Below are positions 39,245-49,068 of a stretch of DNA of 64,000 bases, in pieces (positions within the stretch are counted from its first letter, which is position 1; every line of letters starts with the position of its first letter). A program made the position numbers and the translations under genes. Under the pieces are notes generated by a model that worked only from the letters and a program-made list of their open reading frames with translations, did not search any database and was not told where the DNA came from. Source of the DNA: a virus (lineage: Duplodnaviria; Caudoviricetes); IMG/VR virus record IMGVR_UViG_2873314349_000003, one strand, 5' to 3'.

Positions 39245-39751
39245 CTATCGCGACTGGGCGGGTTCCGCGTCGAGGCAGGGTTGGCACATGGCCACGTCCA
39301 CGGTTCCCACGCTCGCGCTGCGGTAGCGCACCGTACCGGCCGCTTCCCCGGCGCAGATACCCATTCGATCGTCGTGACGGCGACCGCAGAAGCAGTGGCA
39401 GCGGCCGGGATCGGGCTCGATCTCGCCGCGCTCGTGGGCTTCGATCAAGGTGCGACCCTGCGGAGAATTCGCGAACTCGACGAAAGCCTGCCACTCCGGC
39501 GACTGCGCCAGGGTTCGCGCCATGCTGGCGTACGCTTCACCGATCTGGCGAATGGATTCCTGCATTGCCATGGCCAGCGGCACGAACGCCTGCGTGAGGC
39601 CCTCAAGCTGCTCCGGAGTGATCACAGGAAGCTTGGGAGGCTGCACTCGGTGCGGTGCTTCCGGCGTCCACCGCATAGCGTCGCCCTCATGTGGATCCCA
39701 CTCCAGGGCGCCATCGATCGCGGCGAGAATGTGGTCGGTGCGGTCCTGCAT
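39245..39751 (-). CDS. Hypothetical protein with C-terminal Cys cluster
   Basis: CHCFC...H..C...CQPC. Confidence 0.65.
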   Translation of the reverse strand: MQDRTDHILAAIDGALEWDPHEGDAMRWTPEAPHRVQPPKLPVITPEQLEGLTQAFVPLAMAMQESIRQIGEAYASMARTLAQSPEWQAFVEFANSPQGRTLIEAHERGEIEPDPGRCHCFCGRRHDDRMGICAGEAAGTVRYRSASVGTVDVAMCQPCLDAEPAQSR

Positions 39752-39881
39752 GGGTCGATCCTCTCGCACAGTCAAGATCATTAGGGGTGGCTGATAATCG
39801 GCGTTATCGGTACATGGAGCGCGACGGCCGTTCTCCCTGTTGTCAGAGGGAGGGCGGCCGTCGCGTGTGGATCAGCTCTGA

Positions 39882-40433
39882 TTAGGAAGCGTGCCTGTCC
39901 AGCCAACCTGGCTTGATCGCAGGGGCGGGCACTCGGCCTTGGTCCACGGCATCCAGGTCGGTCATGTCGAGCATGATCTGGAAGAGGTACAGAACGCGCA
40001 GCACCTTGACCGCCGCCAAGCACACGGCGGCCTCGAAGATCCAGCGAGCGGCGACCAGCTCGCCCGATTTGTTACCGTCAAGCGCCATGGCCACCAGGCA
40101 AGCCAGAGCGGCGAGCATTGGGAGCGCCAGCGTCCCGAGCCATTGATTACGTAGGGTCTTGCCGAACGTGCGCTTGGCGGTTCGGGCGCGATCTCCTTGG
40201 GCGCTGGAGTAGTGGGCTACGGCGGCTGACGCGAACCCGAAGATGATCGCGATGACGGTAGCGCCGGTCGTGTACAGATCCTTGCGATCGTCCTGCGCCA
40301 TCCATCCGATGACGTCCCCATGGTGGAACTTGAGCACGACGAACAGGTGCAAGCCGACGAGCGCGGCGGAGAACAGAAGGTCGATTGCTGGGTGCTCGAT
40401 GATCAGGTCAGCCAAGCGACGCTCAGACGTCAT
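39882..40433 (-). CDS. Four-TM membrane protein
   Basis: GGAAGG RBS; four hydrophobic segments. Confidence 0.8.
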   Translation of the reverse strand: MTSERRLADLIIEHPAIDLLFSAALVGLHLFVVLKFHHGDVIGWMAQDDRKDLYTTGATVIAIIFGFASAAVAHYSSAQGDRARTAKRTFGKTLRNQWLGTLALPMLAALACLVAMALDGNKSGELVAARWIFEAAVCLAAVKVLRVLYLFQIMLDMTDLDAVDQGRVPAPAIKPGWLDRHAS

Positions 40434-40470
40434 GGCGCACCCTTCCCTGGTCACACCGTGAACACGGACA

Positions 40471-41394
40471 CTAGCGGTCGATGGCGTCCACAGCCAGGCG
40501 CAACGCGTGTTCGACTTCGGCCGCTACTGTCATGATTGCACCCACGGCCGACGAATTTCGGATCAGCTGTCCCTGGGCGTCGAAACTCGATATCCGCCTC
40601 TTGGCCGTGATTCGCTCCTGCATGAGGTTGACGCTCTCGGCCTCCGCCTCCTCGGTGGCGTCGAAGTAGGTGAGCTTGGCTCTGGCGTTCTCGGCCACGT
40701 CGGTGATAGCGGCCAACTGCATGACATCGTCAAGGAGCTCGCGGTGTGCCCTGCGGTAGGACTTGTCCTTGGGGACGTCGACGATGATCGTGATCTTCGC
40801 GTCGCCGTACTCCTGCCGGAGTGTGTGGATGGTGCGGCCCAGTCTGGTGTTGGCGTCGGCCACGGCTGCCGCCTTGCTGGTCCCCACGCGGAATTCCATC
40901 GTCTGCGCGCCGTCGGCCTTCTGGATCTTGTCCATCGCGCTTTTGCTCACGATGGCACGGACATCGACCTCACCTTCTAGGATGTCGATGCCATTGATCC
41001 ACTCGGCGAGAGCGTTGGACCCGGGGGCCGAGGTCGAGCCTCGGATCATTCCAACGATGTTTCCATAGGGCAAGAAGCACATGACCGAGGTCTCGAGGAG
41101 ACCGCGGTTCTCGGCGCTGTTGAACTGTTCGATGGACCCGTCCTCGAAGTTCACTTGCTCGATCCACTCGGCGGCGTCCTTGACCTTCCCGAGCAGGAGG
41201 TGGTCCGTTTCCTGGTAGGTCACGACCTGGCCGACTAGGGTCCGCAGCCGGCCCCGGACCATCCGGTCCTTGATCGGTGCGCCAAACAGCCCGGCGAGGA
41301 TCTTGGGCCAGTCGATCTGTGTCATCCGCTCGTGCTTGTCGCTGACTATCTCGTAAAACGCAACGGTTCGTTCCCTGTCTTTCCTGTTCGTCAT
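40471..41394 (-). CDS. Soluble 307-aa protein, partner of the 4TM gene
   Basis: Long ORF directly upstream in the same orientation. Confidence 0.8.
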   Translation of the reverse strand: MTNRKDRERTVAFYEIVSDKHERMTQIDWPKILAGLFGAPIKDRMVRGRLRTLVGQVVTYQETDHLLLGKVKDAAEWIEQVNFEDGSIEQFNSAENRGLLETSVMCFLPYGNIVGMIRGSTSAPGSNALAEWINGIDILEGEVDVRAIVSKSAMDKIQKADGAQTMEFRVGTSKAAAVADANTRLGRTIHTLRQEYGDAKITIIVDVPKDKSYRRAHRELLDDVMQLAAITDVAENARAKLTYFDATEEAEAESVNLMQERITAKRRISSFDAQGQLIRNSSAVGAIMTVAAEVEHALRLAVDAIDR

Positions 41395-41593
41395 GGAACG
41401 ACACCGCCTTCGATAGGAGTGGGAGTGGAGCGACTATCCCACATTGCGGACGGTCTCGAATGGGATCTAACGGGCAATCCGGAGACAGTTGGTCATAACG
41501 GATTGCTATGGGCCGAGGTTGAAGAAGACGAGCAACTAGTGCATCACCCTCTGCGGTCGCCCTTGCGTGAATAGTGGGCGGAAGCAGCCCGCG

Positions 41594-42562
41594 TCAGCCC
41601 AGAACGGCGGCGACGATCTGTGACGGGTCCTGCTCCAGCCGATTGCGCGCGTGGATGTACCGGCGGGTCGTCTCCGGCGAGGCGTGGCCGAGCGCGTCCT
41701 GCAGGTGCGACAGCGGTGCCTTGTACTCATCCGCCACCGTGGCGAACGTGTGCCGCAGCGTGTGCGGCGTCACCCGTTCCGGATGCTCCAGCCCGGCGTC
41801 TCGAGCGATCCGCTGGACAAGGGCGAACAGGTACCGCGAGGCGAGCGGTTGGCCCGACGCGGTGACGAACAGCGAGCCGTCGAGGTCGGCCACCGCGACG
41901 CCTTCCGCCCGGGCGCGCGCCTCGAGGTAGGCGTCCAGAGCCGCGGCGGGCGCGGGCGGCAGGTTTCGCACCCGCACCTTCTTGCCCTTGCCGACGATCC
42001 GCACTGTGCGGTGGCCGCGTTCGAAGCCGAGCGAGGACATCTGGAGCGCGCACACCTCGGCCACGCGCGGGCCGATCGCGACCATCAACCGGATGACGGC
42101 CGCCGTGCGCAGCGCCGCCGGCGCGCGGTCGGCGTCCGCCGCGGCGATGAGCGCCCGCGCCTCCTCCTCGGTCAGCCCGACCGTCTCCGAGTGCATCCGG
42201 TCGAGCTTCGGCCGCGCCGCCGCGGTGAACCGGGGCGGGTCGATCGCGTCCTCCTCGACCAGGAAGCCGTACCAGGAGGAGACCGCGGCGAGCTTCGCCG
42301 CCACGGTGGCTGGCTTGCAACTGCGCGGCGGGACCTCCAGCCACCTCGCCCACAAGTTCCCCTCCCCACGGGAGGCGGTGAGCGGGTTGATGTCCGCGCC
42401 GGCGGCGAACGCGAGCCACTGGGCCAGGTGCACCCGGTAGGCGCGGCGGGTCGCAGGGGAGGAGAACGACAGCAGCCAGTCCATCGTCAGCTGCTGGATC
42501 CGGTCGGGCAGCGGCGTTGGGACAGTTAGGTCGGCGGCCGGGGCTCGGTCGACGATCGTCAC
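41594..42562 (-). CDS. XerC/D-like tyrosine recombinase, intact
   Basis: GPRVAE, GKGKK, HTLRH, LGHAS, RRY. Confidence 0.92.
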   Translation of the reverse strand: MTIVDRAPAADLTVPTPLPDRIQQLTMDWLLSFSSPATRRAYRVHLAQWLAFAAGADINPLTASRGEGNLWARWLEVPPRSCKPATVAAKLAAVSSWYGFLVEEDAIDPPRFTAAARPKLDRMHSETVGLTEEEARALIAAADADRAPAALRTAAVIRLMVAIGPRVAEVCALQMSSLGFERGHRTVRIVGKGKKVRVRNLPPAPAAALDAYLEARARAEGVAVADLDGSLFVTASGQPLASRYLFALVQRIARDAGLEHPERVTPHTLRHTFATVADEYKAPLSHLQDALGHASPETTRRYIHARNRLEQDPSQIVAAVLG

Positions 42563-42774
42563 TCTCGCTCCTCATAGGGTGGTCAGGGGATTGTGAGACA
42601 TCAAGACTTTTGATCACGTTTCCGAACACCACGCGGGCCCGGATCGGAGTCTCGCACCAGTCCGTACGGATCTTGCTCGGAAACCGTCGATTCCGAACAC
42701 CAGGGGCCGCAGGACTGGCGCGCGAGAACAAGCCTTGTCATGCCCCAGAGCTGCCGGATTTGCCTGAATCGAAC

Positions 42775-43176
42775 TCACCGCCTCCGCGCGGCCGACGCGC
42801 GCCCGAGCTGGAAAGCGATCAGCACGGTCAGCTCGGCCACCACCGCGCGCAACCCGGCATCCACGTCGTCCTCGCCGCCGGCATCGGTCCACGCCGCCCG
42901 CGCGGCCGGGAGGAGCTCCTCGATGGCGCGCCGGCTGAGCAGCCGGGGCCGGGTGATGGTCATGGAGCGCGCGGCGAGTGCGGCGAGGATGTCGGAGGTG
43001 GCCTTCTCCACGGCCTGGTCGTCGACCGGGCCGAACGCCCCGCCGCCCCGCTCGTGGCCTTGCCCGTATTGGAGGGTGTTGGCGATCACGACGCGGGCGC
43101 CCGGGTCGAGCAGCGCTGCCACCAGGTGGTCGCGGTCGGTGTAGTACTGGGCCACCCTGTCGGTGCTGTCGCTCAT
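42775..43176 (-). CDS. Hypothetical protein
   Basis: AGGAGAGG RBS; GC3 bias. Confidence 0.65.
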   Translation of the reverse strand: MSDSTDRVAQYYTDRDHLVAALLDPGARVVIANTLQYGQGHERGGGAFGPVDDQAVEKATSDILAALAARSMTITRPRLLSRRAIEELLPAARAAWTDAGGEDDVDAGLRAVVAELTVLIAFQLGRASAARRR

Positions 43177-43350
43177 GGCGTTCCTCTCCTGGGGGCGTCC
43201 CGCTCGGGCGAGGCGAGCGGGGCGCGTAGCGGTAAGGGTGGGGCTCAACGGGCAGCGCGGTCCAGTGCGACCGGTCGGCGCCCGCATCGTGTGGTCTTTT
43301 CGTGGGGCGTCCCACCCGCGCCTTCCCCGCGGGCGGGACGCGGGTACGGG

Positions 43351-43722
43351 CTACGCCTGGATGACGGGACTGTGCACGTCCCGGTGGGTGAGCTGCACGG
43401 CCACGCCGCAGTCGCGCAACCCGCGAGCGATCTCGGCGGCCAACACCACCGAGCGGCGCCGCCCGCCGGCGCATCCGGCGGCGATGGTGCAGTCCAGGCC
43501 GCAGGAGGCCAGGCCGATGGCGTAGTGGATGGCCGCGGCGATGGTGGAGCCGATGCCCGGGGTGGCCATGACGTGGTCGCGGACGTCCGCGTCGAGGCCG
43601 GTGGCGTGCCGCATGGCGGGGTCGTCGCAGCGGTTGCGGAACAGGCGGCGGGCGTCGATGGTCAGGTCGGCCTCAGGCGCCGGGGCGTGGCCGTAGCCGA
43701 AAGACATGACGTGGATGGTCAC
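43351..43722 (-). CDS. RapZ C-terminal-domain-like protein
   Basis: SFGYGH, TGLD..V, GCAGGRRRSV, HRD. Confidence 0.8.
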   Translation of the reverse strand: MTIHVMSFGYGHAPAPEADLTIDARRLFRNRCDDPAMRHATGLDADVRDHVMATPGIGSTIAAAIHYAIGLASCGLDCTIAAGCAGGRRRSVVLAAEIARGLRDCGVAVQLTHRDVHSPVIQA

Positions 43723-44408
43723 CGGCTACCGCCCTCGGGGCAGGCGTCGAGGATGTCGGCGAGCATCTGGCGGTGGGCGGCGAACACCCGGCCGCCGTAG
43801 CCTGCGATGTGGTGGACGAGGTCGTTGTAGGTGTCGGCCCTGACCCACTCGGCGCGCTTGGCGTCGTCGGCGCCCACCAGTGCGGGCAGGTCGGCGCGGT
43901 GCATGGTGCCCATGTGCGCGCGGACCGGGACGGTGACCATCCACGCCTCGTCGCTCTGGCGCGGGTCGGGGACGACGCGGGCCGGGAGCGCGACCCACAG
44001 GGCGTTGTGCTCCCCGAGGACGAGTCCGGTCTCCTCGGCTAGCTCGCGGATCGCCGTCGCGGTCGGCTCCTCGCCGGGGTCCGCTTTGCCACCGGGGAGC
44101 GCCCAGCCGTGGCCGTCGGCGCGCTCCACCATGACGATCCACCGGTGGCCGTCCTCGTCCCAGGCAGTGGGGATCGCATCAGCGCACACCTGCTCACCCC
44201 AATGGCCCAACTCGTTGCGGCCGTACCGGATGCCGGTCGGTGCGCACGGGTTGAGCGGACGGCCGTCGACGACCTCGAAGGCGATCAGGGCGGCGGCCTG
44301 CCGGGGCGGCCAGTCGATCCGGGTCGGGTCGGTCTGCGGGTCGGCCCAGCCCTCGGTGACGCCGGTGGTGAGGACGTCGGGGTGGGTGTACTGGCGGCCG
44401 GGCATCAC
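43719..44408 (-). CDS. NUDIX hydrolase, NUDT9/ADP-ribose pyrophosphatase-like
   Basis: PLNP..PTG..GR..LG.WG, canonical Nudix box, GADDA, FAAH. Confidence 0.85.
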   Translation of the reverse strand: MMPGRQYTHPDVLTTGVTEGWADPQTDPTRIDWPPRQAAALIAFEVVDGRPLNPCAPTGIRYGRNELGHWGEQVCADAIPTAWDEDGHRWIVMVERADGHGWALPGGKADPGEEPTATAIRELAEETGLVLGEHNALWVALPARVVPDPRQSDEAWMVTVPVRAHMGTMHRADLPALVGADDAKRAEWVRADTYNDLVHHIAGYGGRVFAAHRQMLADILDACPEGGSR

Positions 44409-44662
44409 ATGCCTCCGTCGAGGTAGCGGGCGACGATGCCGCGCTCGGCGTCGTCCAGGCTGGCGAGGATCTCCTCGGCGCGGTCCGGGGTCACCTCGTG
44501 GTTGGAGATCCAGCGTTCGGCCTCGTCGGTGAGGGTCTCCAGGGCCATCCAGTCGCCGTTCTCGCGGGCGTCGGCGAGCAGGTTGTTGAGGTGGGCGCGA
44601 ATGGCGTCCTCGGCGGTTTCCCGCTCGGCGGTGGTGAGCAGCGGGTAGGTGAGTACGGGCAT
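44405..44662 (-). CDS. Hypothetical protein
   Basis: Overlaps the NUDIX start. Confidence 0.65.
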   Translation of the reverse strand: MPVLTYPLLTTAERETAEDAIRAHLNNLLADARENGDWMALETLTDEAERWISNHEVTPDRAEEILASLDDAERGIVARYLDGGM

Positions 44663-44759
44663 GATGGGTGTACCTCTCTGATGGGGTGGGCGGGCGCGCC
44701 CGGCGTGGGCGTTCTTGGCGGAGTGACCACGCTGGTGCGCGCCCGCGCAGGGTTGAGTC

Positions 44760-44945
44760 CTAGCGCCACTTGCCGACGGTCATGGGCTGGGCCCAGCTGT
44801 GGGTCTTGCTCCTGTCGATGACGATGTCGCCGTTGTCCTTGAGGACGACCTCGCTCGGGGTGACGCCGTCGGCCTTGAAGTCGGCGCAGACCTTGTCCTT
44901 GATCTTCTTGATGGCGGCGTCGCGGTCGGCCTTGCTCTGCGGCAT
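44760..44945 (-). CDS. Hypothetical protein
   Basis: AAGGAG RBS. Confidence 0.65.
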   Translation of the reverse strand: MPQSKADRDAAIKKIKDKVCADFKADGVTPSEVVLKDNGDIVIDRSKTHSWAQPMTVGKWR

Positions 44946-44989
44946 CGTGTGCTCCTTCTTCGTTGTGTGCTGCGTGGCGGTGGGAGTGG

Positions 44990-45238
44990 TCAGCCGAACA
45001 GGCGGTGCAGTCCCTTGGCGCGGGCGCCGGCGCGCCGCAGGGCGTCTTCCTTCAACCGGGTGGCCTTGCGCTTGCCGACGGCGGCCACTAGCTCGCCCTC
45101 GGCCTGGTTCTTGGCCTGTCTGGTGACGCCGAGCCCGGTCGCGGTCTCGGCGAGCTTGCTGAGCGTGGCGGCGGTCGCGGCGGCCTGCTTGGCCTTGGCG
45201 AGCTGGCCGGCGGTCATGCGGCTGGGCATCGCCGTCAC
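44990..45238 (-). CDS. Small basic protein
   Basis: GTGA overlap with HU. Confidence 0.6.
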   Translation of the reverse strand: MTAMPSRMTAGQLAKAKQAAATAATLSKLAETATGLGVTRQAKNQAEGELVAAVGKRKATRLKEDALRRAGARAKGLHRLFG

Positions 45239-45525
45239 CTCGCCGCGGGGGTCTTGTTCACCAGGGCCTTGAACTCGGTGCCGGGCTTGAACCGAGGGAC
45301 CCGGGACTCGGCGATGTGGATGGTCTCGCCGGTGGAGGGGTTGCGGCCCTGCCGGGCCGGCTTGTGGGACGCCTCCCAGGTGCCGAACCCGATGACCTGG
45401 ACCCGGTCGCCGGAGGCGACCGCGGTGCGGATGGTGTCCAGGACTGCGGTGACCGCGGCCTCGGCGGTCGTCTTGTGGATGTCGAGCCGCTCGGCTACGG
45501 CGGCGATGAGCTCGGTCTTGTTCAT
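45235..45525 (-). CDS. hup: HU family DNA-binding protein
   Basis: MNKTELI, GFGTW, GRNPSTGE, PRFKPG. Confidence 0.95.
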   Translation of the reverse strand: MNKTELIAAVAERLDIHKTTAEAAVTAVLDTIRTAVASGDRVQVIGFGTWEASHKPARQGRNPSTGETIHIAESRVPRFKPGTEFKALVNKTPAAR

Positions 45526-45560
45526 GGACGATCCTTTCGGGGTGATAGGTCGGGGGCGGG

Positions 45561-45740
45561 TTACCGGTAGATCCAGGGGATGTTCTTCTCGGCCTTGGCG
45601 ACCTCGCTGTTGAGCTGCAGGTACTCGTCGGTCTCGTCGCGGTCGGTGTTAGCCTCCAGCGCCTCGCGGGCCTGCTTGTACGCCTGGACGGCGGCTTTGC
45701 GCTCCTGCGGGCTCTGGCCCTTGTTTCTGATCAAACCCAT
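45561..45740 (-). CDS. 59-aa hypothetical protein
   Basis: Hand-translated MGLIRNKGQSPQERKAAVQAYK...IPWIYR; AAAGGGAG RBS. Confidence 0.6.
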   Translation of the reverse strand: MGLIRNKGQSPQERKAAVQAYKQAREALEANTDRDETDEYLQLNSEVAKAEKNIPWIYR

Positions 45741-45837
45741 GTCGTTCTCCCTTTCTTTGGCGTTATTGCTGTAGGTGCCGCTCCGGGCTCTGGCACGATC
45801 GGGGCGGACCAGGCGAGCGTCCGCCGGTGGTGACGGT

Positions 45838-46038
45838 TCAGGGCACCCGGCGGCACTTCTCGGCGTGGGACCCGGCCGCCTGCGGCGAGACGTCGCGGCG
45901 GCTGTGCCCGCAGCCCTGGCAGGTCACCGTGCCGACGGGGTAGCGGCCGCCCGCGCGGCCGTGCGGCGCGGACAGCCCGGTCTCGGTCCAGGTGGTGAGC
46001 ACTCCGCCAAGGGTGCGGAACTTTTGGGTGGTGGCCAT
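45838..46038 (-). CDS. Small Zn-finger-like protein
   Basis: AGGAGG RBS; CQGC...HAEKC. Confidence 0.65.
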   Translation of the reverse strand: MATTQKFRTLGGVLTTWTETGLSAPHGRAGGRYPVGTVTCQGCGHSRRDVSPQAAGSHAEKCRRVP

Positions 46039-46126
46039 GGGGCTCCTCCTATAGAGGTGGTCGGGTGTGGAGCGGACGTTCCGAGCGCGCCCGGATCGCC
46101 GGGCGGCTCCCGCAGCGTCCGCGCCG

Positions 46127-46699
46127 TCAGCGGGCGAGGTCCAAGCGGCGGGCGCGGGCGTACACCGGCGGGTGGCCTGTGAAGACAAAGCCGCCGGCGG
46201 CGTGCCACCACGGGTCGACCACCAGGTCGGCGGCGTGCATGGCGGCCATCGCCTCGCGGCCGGGCAGGCCCGCGCGGTCGAGCAGGGCCAGGGCGCGGGC
46301 GTCGGCGGCGACCTCACGGCGCCGGTACATGGCGTTGGTGGCCAGCCACACCATCGCCGCCGCGGTGGCCAGCCCGCCGAGCACGGCCCAGGCGTCCGCC
46401 AGCGCGGCGATCAGCGCGGCCACGCCGAGGGCGCGCTGCAGGTAGATGATCCAGTAGTCGACCGGGTCGGTGGTGTGGCCGAGGTCGTGGTGGGCGAGCT
46501 CGTGGCCCAGGGTGGCCAGGCGCACCAGCGGCGGCTCGGCTACGGCCTCGCCGCCGAAGACGACCGTGGGGCCGGGGGAGCAGCGGTGGGAGCGTTCGGC
46601 GCGGGCCGCCCCCGACATGTGCGGGGCGGCGGTGACGGTCAGGTGCGGCATGCCTGCGGCGCGGCGCAGCGTCTCGGCATGGTTAAGCAGGTCACACAT
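46127..46699 (-). CDS. M48-like membrane metallopeptidase
   Basis: HELAH, two TM, EVAAD, HP. Confidence 0.85.
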   Translation of the reverse strand: MCDLLNHAETLRRAAGMPHLTVTAAPHMSGAARAERSHRCSPGPTVVFGGEAVAEPPLVRLATLGHELAHHDLGHTTDPVDYWIIYLQRALGVAALIAALADAWAVLGGLATAAAMVWLATNAMYRRREVAADARALALLDRAGLPGREAMAAMHAADLVVDPWWHAAGGFVFTGHPPVYARARRLDLAR

Positions 46700-46734
46700 G
46701 ATCGTTTCTCCTGATGTCGATCACGCGAAGGGCA

Positions 46735-46843
46735 GTTAGATCGCGGATTTCGAGTTAGGTTTCTAACCTCGCGCCGCCAGAGACACAGAGTTGCCCCTGA
46801 CCTGCGGAAAGTTAGGCAGTTACGTCGGCGTGAGCGGGTTAGC
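46735..46843. repeat. clt-like short repeats downstream of traB
   Basis: GTTAG/GTTAC at 46735, 46754, 46811, 46819, 46838. Confidence 0.45.
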
Positions 46844-46893
46844 CGAGCGGTCGACGAGGGCTCTGTAGAGGCATCCACGCCGCGCGGCTCGAC

Positions 46894-49068
46894 CTAATTC
46901 GCTCCGTCCACGGCTTGGGCCGCGCGCAGGGCGAGTGCCTCGCGGATGAGGTCGGGGTAGACCGGCCACTTGTTGCCGGTGGAGGGCACCTTGACCCCGA
47001 GCTCGGCGAGCTGCTCGCGCAACTGCTTGCCGGAGAGCCGGGCGTAGGGCGCCCACCGGGGGGCGTGCCGGGACAGCAGCGCGGGCAGGTCCGCCAGGTA
47101 CCGCATCTCGCCTCCGAGCACTGCGGCCAGGTCCTCCAGCAGATCCCGCTCATCCTCGGGCTGAGCGGCGACGCCGGCCTTCTCGCGGATTCGCAGGGCA
47201 CGCTCAACGACCACGCCCGCCTCGGCCTGGGTCACGTAGTAGCCGCGCAGCAGCCCGGGCTTGGCGGTGAACCCGCGGGCCATGAACGTGCCCACGTCGC
47301 CGGGGCCCTCGTCGGTTTTGGGCTCCAGGCCGACAGCGGAGATTCCCGCCGTGTAGGAGCCGGTGCCGAGGATGGCGTCGTTGCTGGTCTGGTCGCCAAT
47401 CGCGAAGCACGCCTTGTTGGAAGTGATGGCCATGAGCCTGCGCGGCAGCGACGCCGAGGAGGGCTCCGGCGTCGCGAAGATCAACGTGACGGCGTACTTG
47501 CGGGCCGCGCTCTCTAGCTTGACCGCGATCTCCAGGGCGGCGGCGCCGTACTCCTCGTGCATGAACAGGGCCTGGCACTCGTCGATCACGATGATGCGCG
47601 GGCGCAGCCGGGCGTCCTTCTCGGCCAGCTCGCGGGTCACAGCGCGCGCGCCGTGCTCCTGCAGAGCCTTACCGCGGACGTTCAGGTCGTCGTACATGTC
47701 GCGGAGCGTGGCCAGGCACGCCTCCACGACCTCCTCCCCGGTCCCGGTCATCAGGGTGCGCAGCCGGGGCTTCATCGGGTCGTAGTCGGCATTGACCGCC
47801 ATGACGAACACGTCCGCGTCGACCAGCGGGTCGAGCAGCGCGCCGAGCAGGGCGGTGATGATGAGCGTGGACTTGCCCGACCCCATCATCCCGGCGATGC
47901 CGTAGTTAGCCTCGAACAGCCGGCCGATGATGGTCTTGCCGCGGATGTCCATGGCGACGGGCACGCCCTTGAAGTAGTCCCCTACACCGTCGGTGAGCAG
48001 GGGCCACGGCGGAACCGGGCCGGTCAAGGCACCCTGGTCGGCCACCCACAGGTCCAGTACACCGGGCAGGTTGCGCGGCTCGGTAGGCCAGACCTCGACA
48101 GGGAAACGCACCAGGTTGTGCGCCAGGACCGGCTTCTTCTTGACGATCATCTCCACTGTCACGGCCGGTGGGAGTTCCACCTGGGTGCGGTAGCCCTTGC
48201 CGTCCCGTTCGGTGGGTAGCACGAACCGGGGCCGCCACCCACCCCTGAACGCCTTGTTCAACGCGGAGATCTCCAGGTTGCGTAGCGCGTTGAGGATCGC
48301 TCCCTCGTCGGGTATCACGTCCCGGCCGGTGGCGGCTTCCTCGGCGGACCCGGAGATCCACCGCGGTAGCGCCCCCACCCGGCGCCCTTCCAGGTACGCG
48401 GCGAGGGCCAGGGCGAGCGGCGCCACGACCGGCACCGCGGGCCACACGAACGCCACGGCGCTGAACACCGACCGGACCGCGCTGAACACCGCTGCGAACA
48501 CCGTGGTCGGCTCCGCCACGCCCGCCATGCCGACGCCGATGCTGACCACCAGCAACACACCTCCTGTACCAGCGGCCACGGCGCCTGCGAGTTTGGCCAG
48601 GCCCACCACCATGCCCGGCAGATCGGCCAGGCGGGTGTGCCGCGCCTGCTGGGCGCGCTGCTTACGCTCGATCCACTCCGCCAGCGCCTCCCGGTCGCCT
48701 GCGGCTTCGGCGGCGCGGATCTGTCGCCGGTGCACGCCGAACGTGGCGGCGTCGTAGGCGCGGACGATCCACGACCGCACGCCCTGGGCCACGGTGAGCA
48801 GGACGCCGGCGGTGCCGCGCGCTCCGGCGCGGGCCCGCTCGGACCGGGGCAGGCGGGTGATACTGCCGACGATCCTGACCTGCAAGGACTTGCCCGGCTC
48901 GGCGTCGTCCTTGAACAGCACGCGGCCCTCGATCACGGGATGGGGTTCGGCGTCCCGGCCAGGCGCGTCTTGCTCGTGGTCCCGCGGAGCGGAGGCCGGG
49001 GTGAGATGCAGCGGCGGGGCGTCCTCGCCGTCGCGGACGACGTAGAACCGGCGGTCGGGGTGGCTCAT
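46894..49068 (-). CDS. FtsK/SpoIIIE-family conjugative translocase (TraB-like)
   Basis: TM region; Walker A GMMGSGKS; Walker B IIVIDECQ. Confidence 0.9.
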   Translation of the reverse strand: MSHPDRRFYVVRDGEDAPPLHLTPASAPRDHEQDAPGRDAEPHPVIEGRVLFKDDAEPGKSLQVRIVGSITRLPRSERARAGARGTAGVLLTVAQGVRSWIVRAYDAATFGVHRRQIRAAEAAGDREALAEWIERKQRAQQARHTRLADLPGMVVGLAKLAGAVAAGTGGVLLVVSIGVGMAGVAEPTTVFAAVFSAVRSVFSAVAFVWPAVPVVAPLALALAAYLEGRRVGALPRWISGSAEEAATGRDVIPDEGAILNALRNLEISALNKAFRGGWRPRFVLPTERDGKGYRTQVELPPAVTVEMIVKKKPVLAHNLVRFPVEVWPTEPRNLPGVLDLWVADQGALTGPVPPWPLLTDGVGDYFKGVPVAMDIRGKTIIGRLFEANYGIAGMMGSGKSTLIITALLGALLDPLVDADVFVMAVNADYDPMKPRLRTLMTGTGEEVVEACLATLRDMYDDLNVRGKALQEHGARAVTRELAEKDARLRPRIIVIDECQALFMHEEYGAAALEIAVKLESAARKYAVTLIFATPEPSSASLPRRLMAITSNKACFAIGDQTSNDAILGTGSYTAGISAVGLEPKTDEGPGDVGTFMARGFTAKPGLLRGYYVTQAEAGVVVERALRIREKAGVAAQPEDERDLLEDLAAVLGGEMRYLADLPALLSRHAPRWAPYARLSGKQLREQLAELGVKVPSTGNKWPVYPDLIREALALRAAQAVDGAN

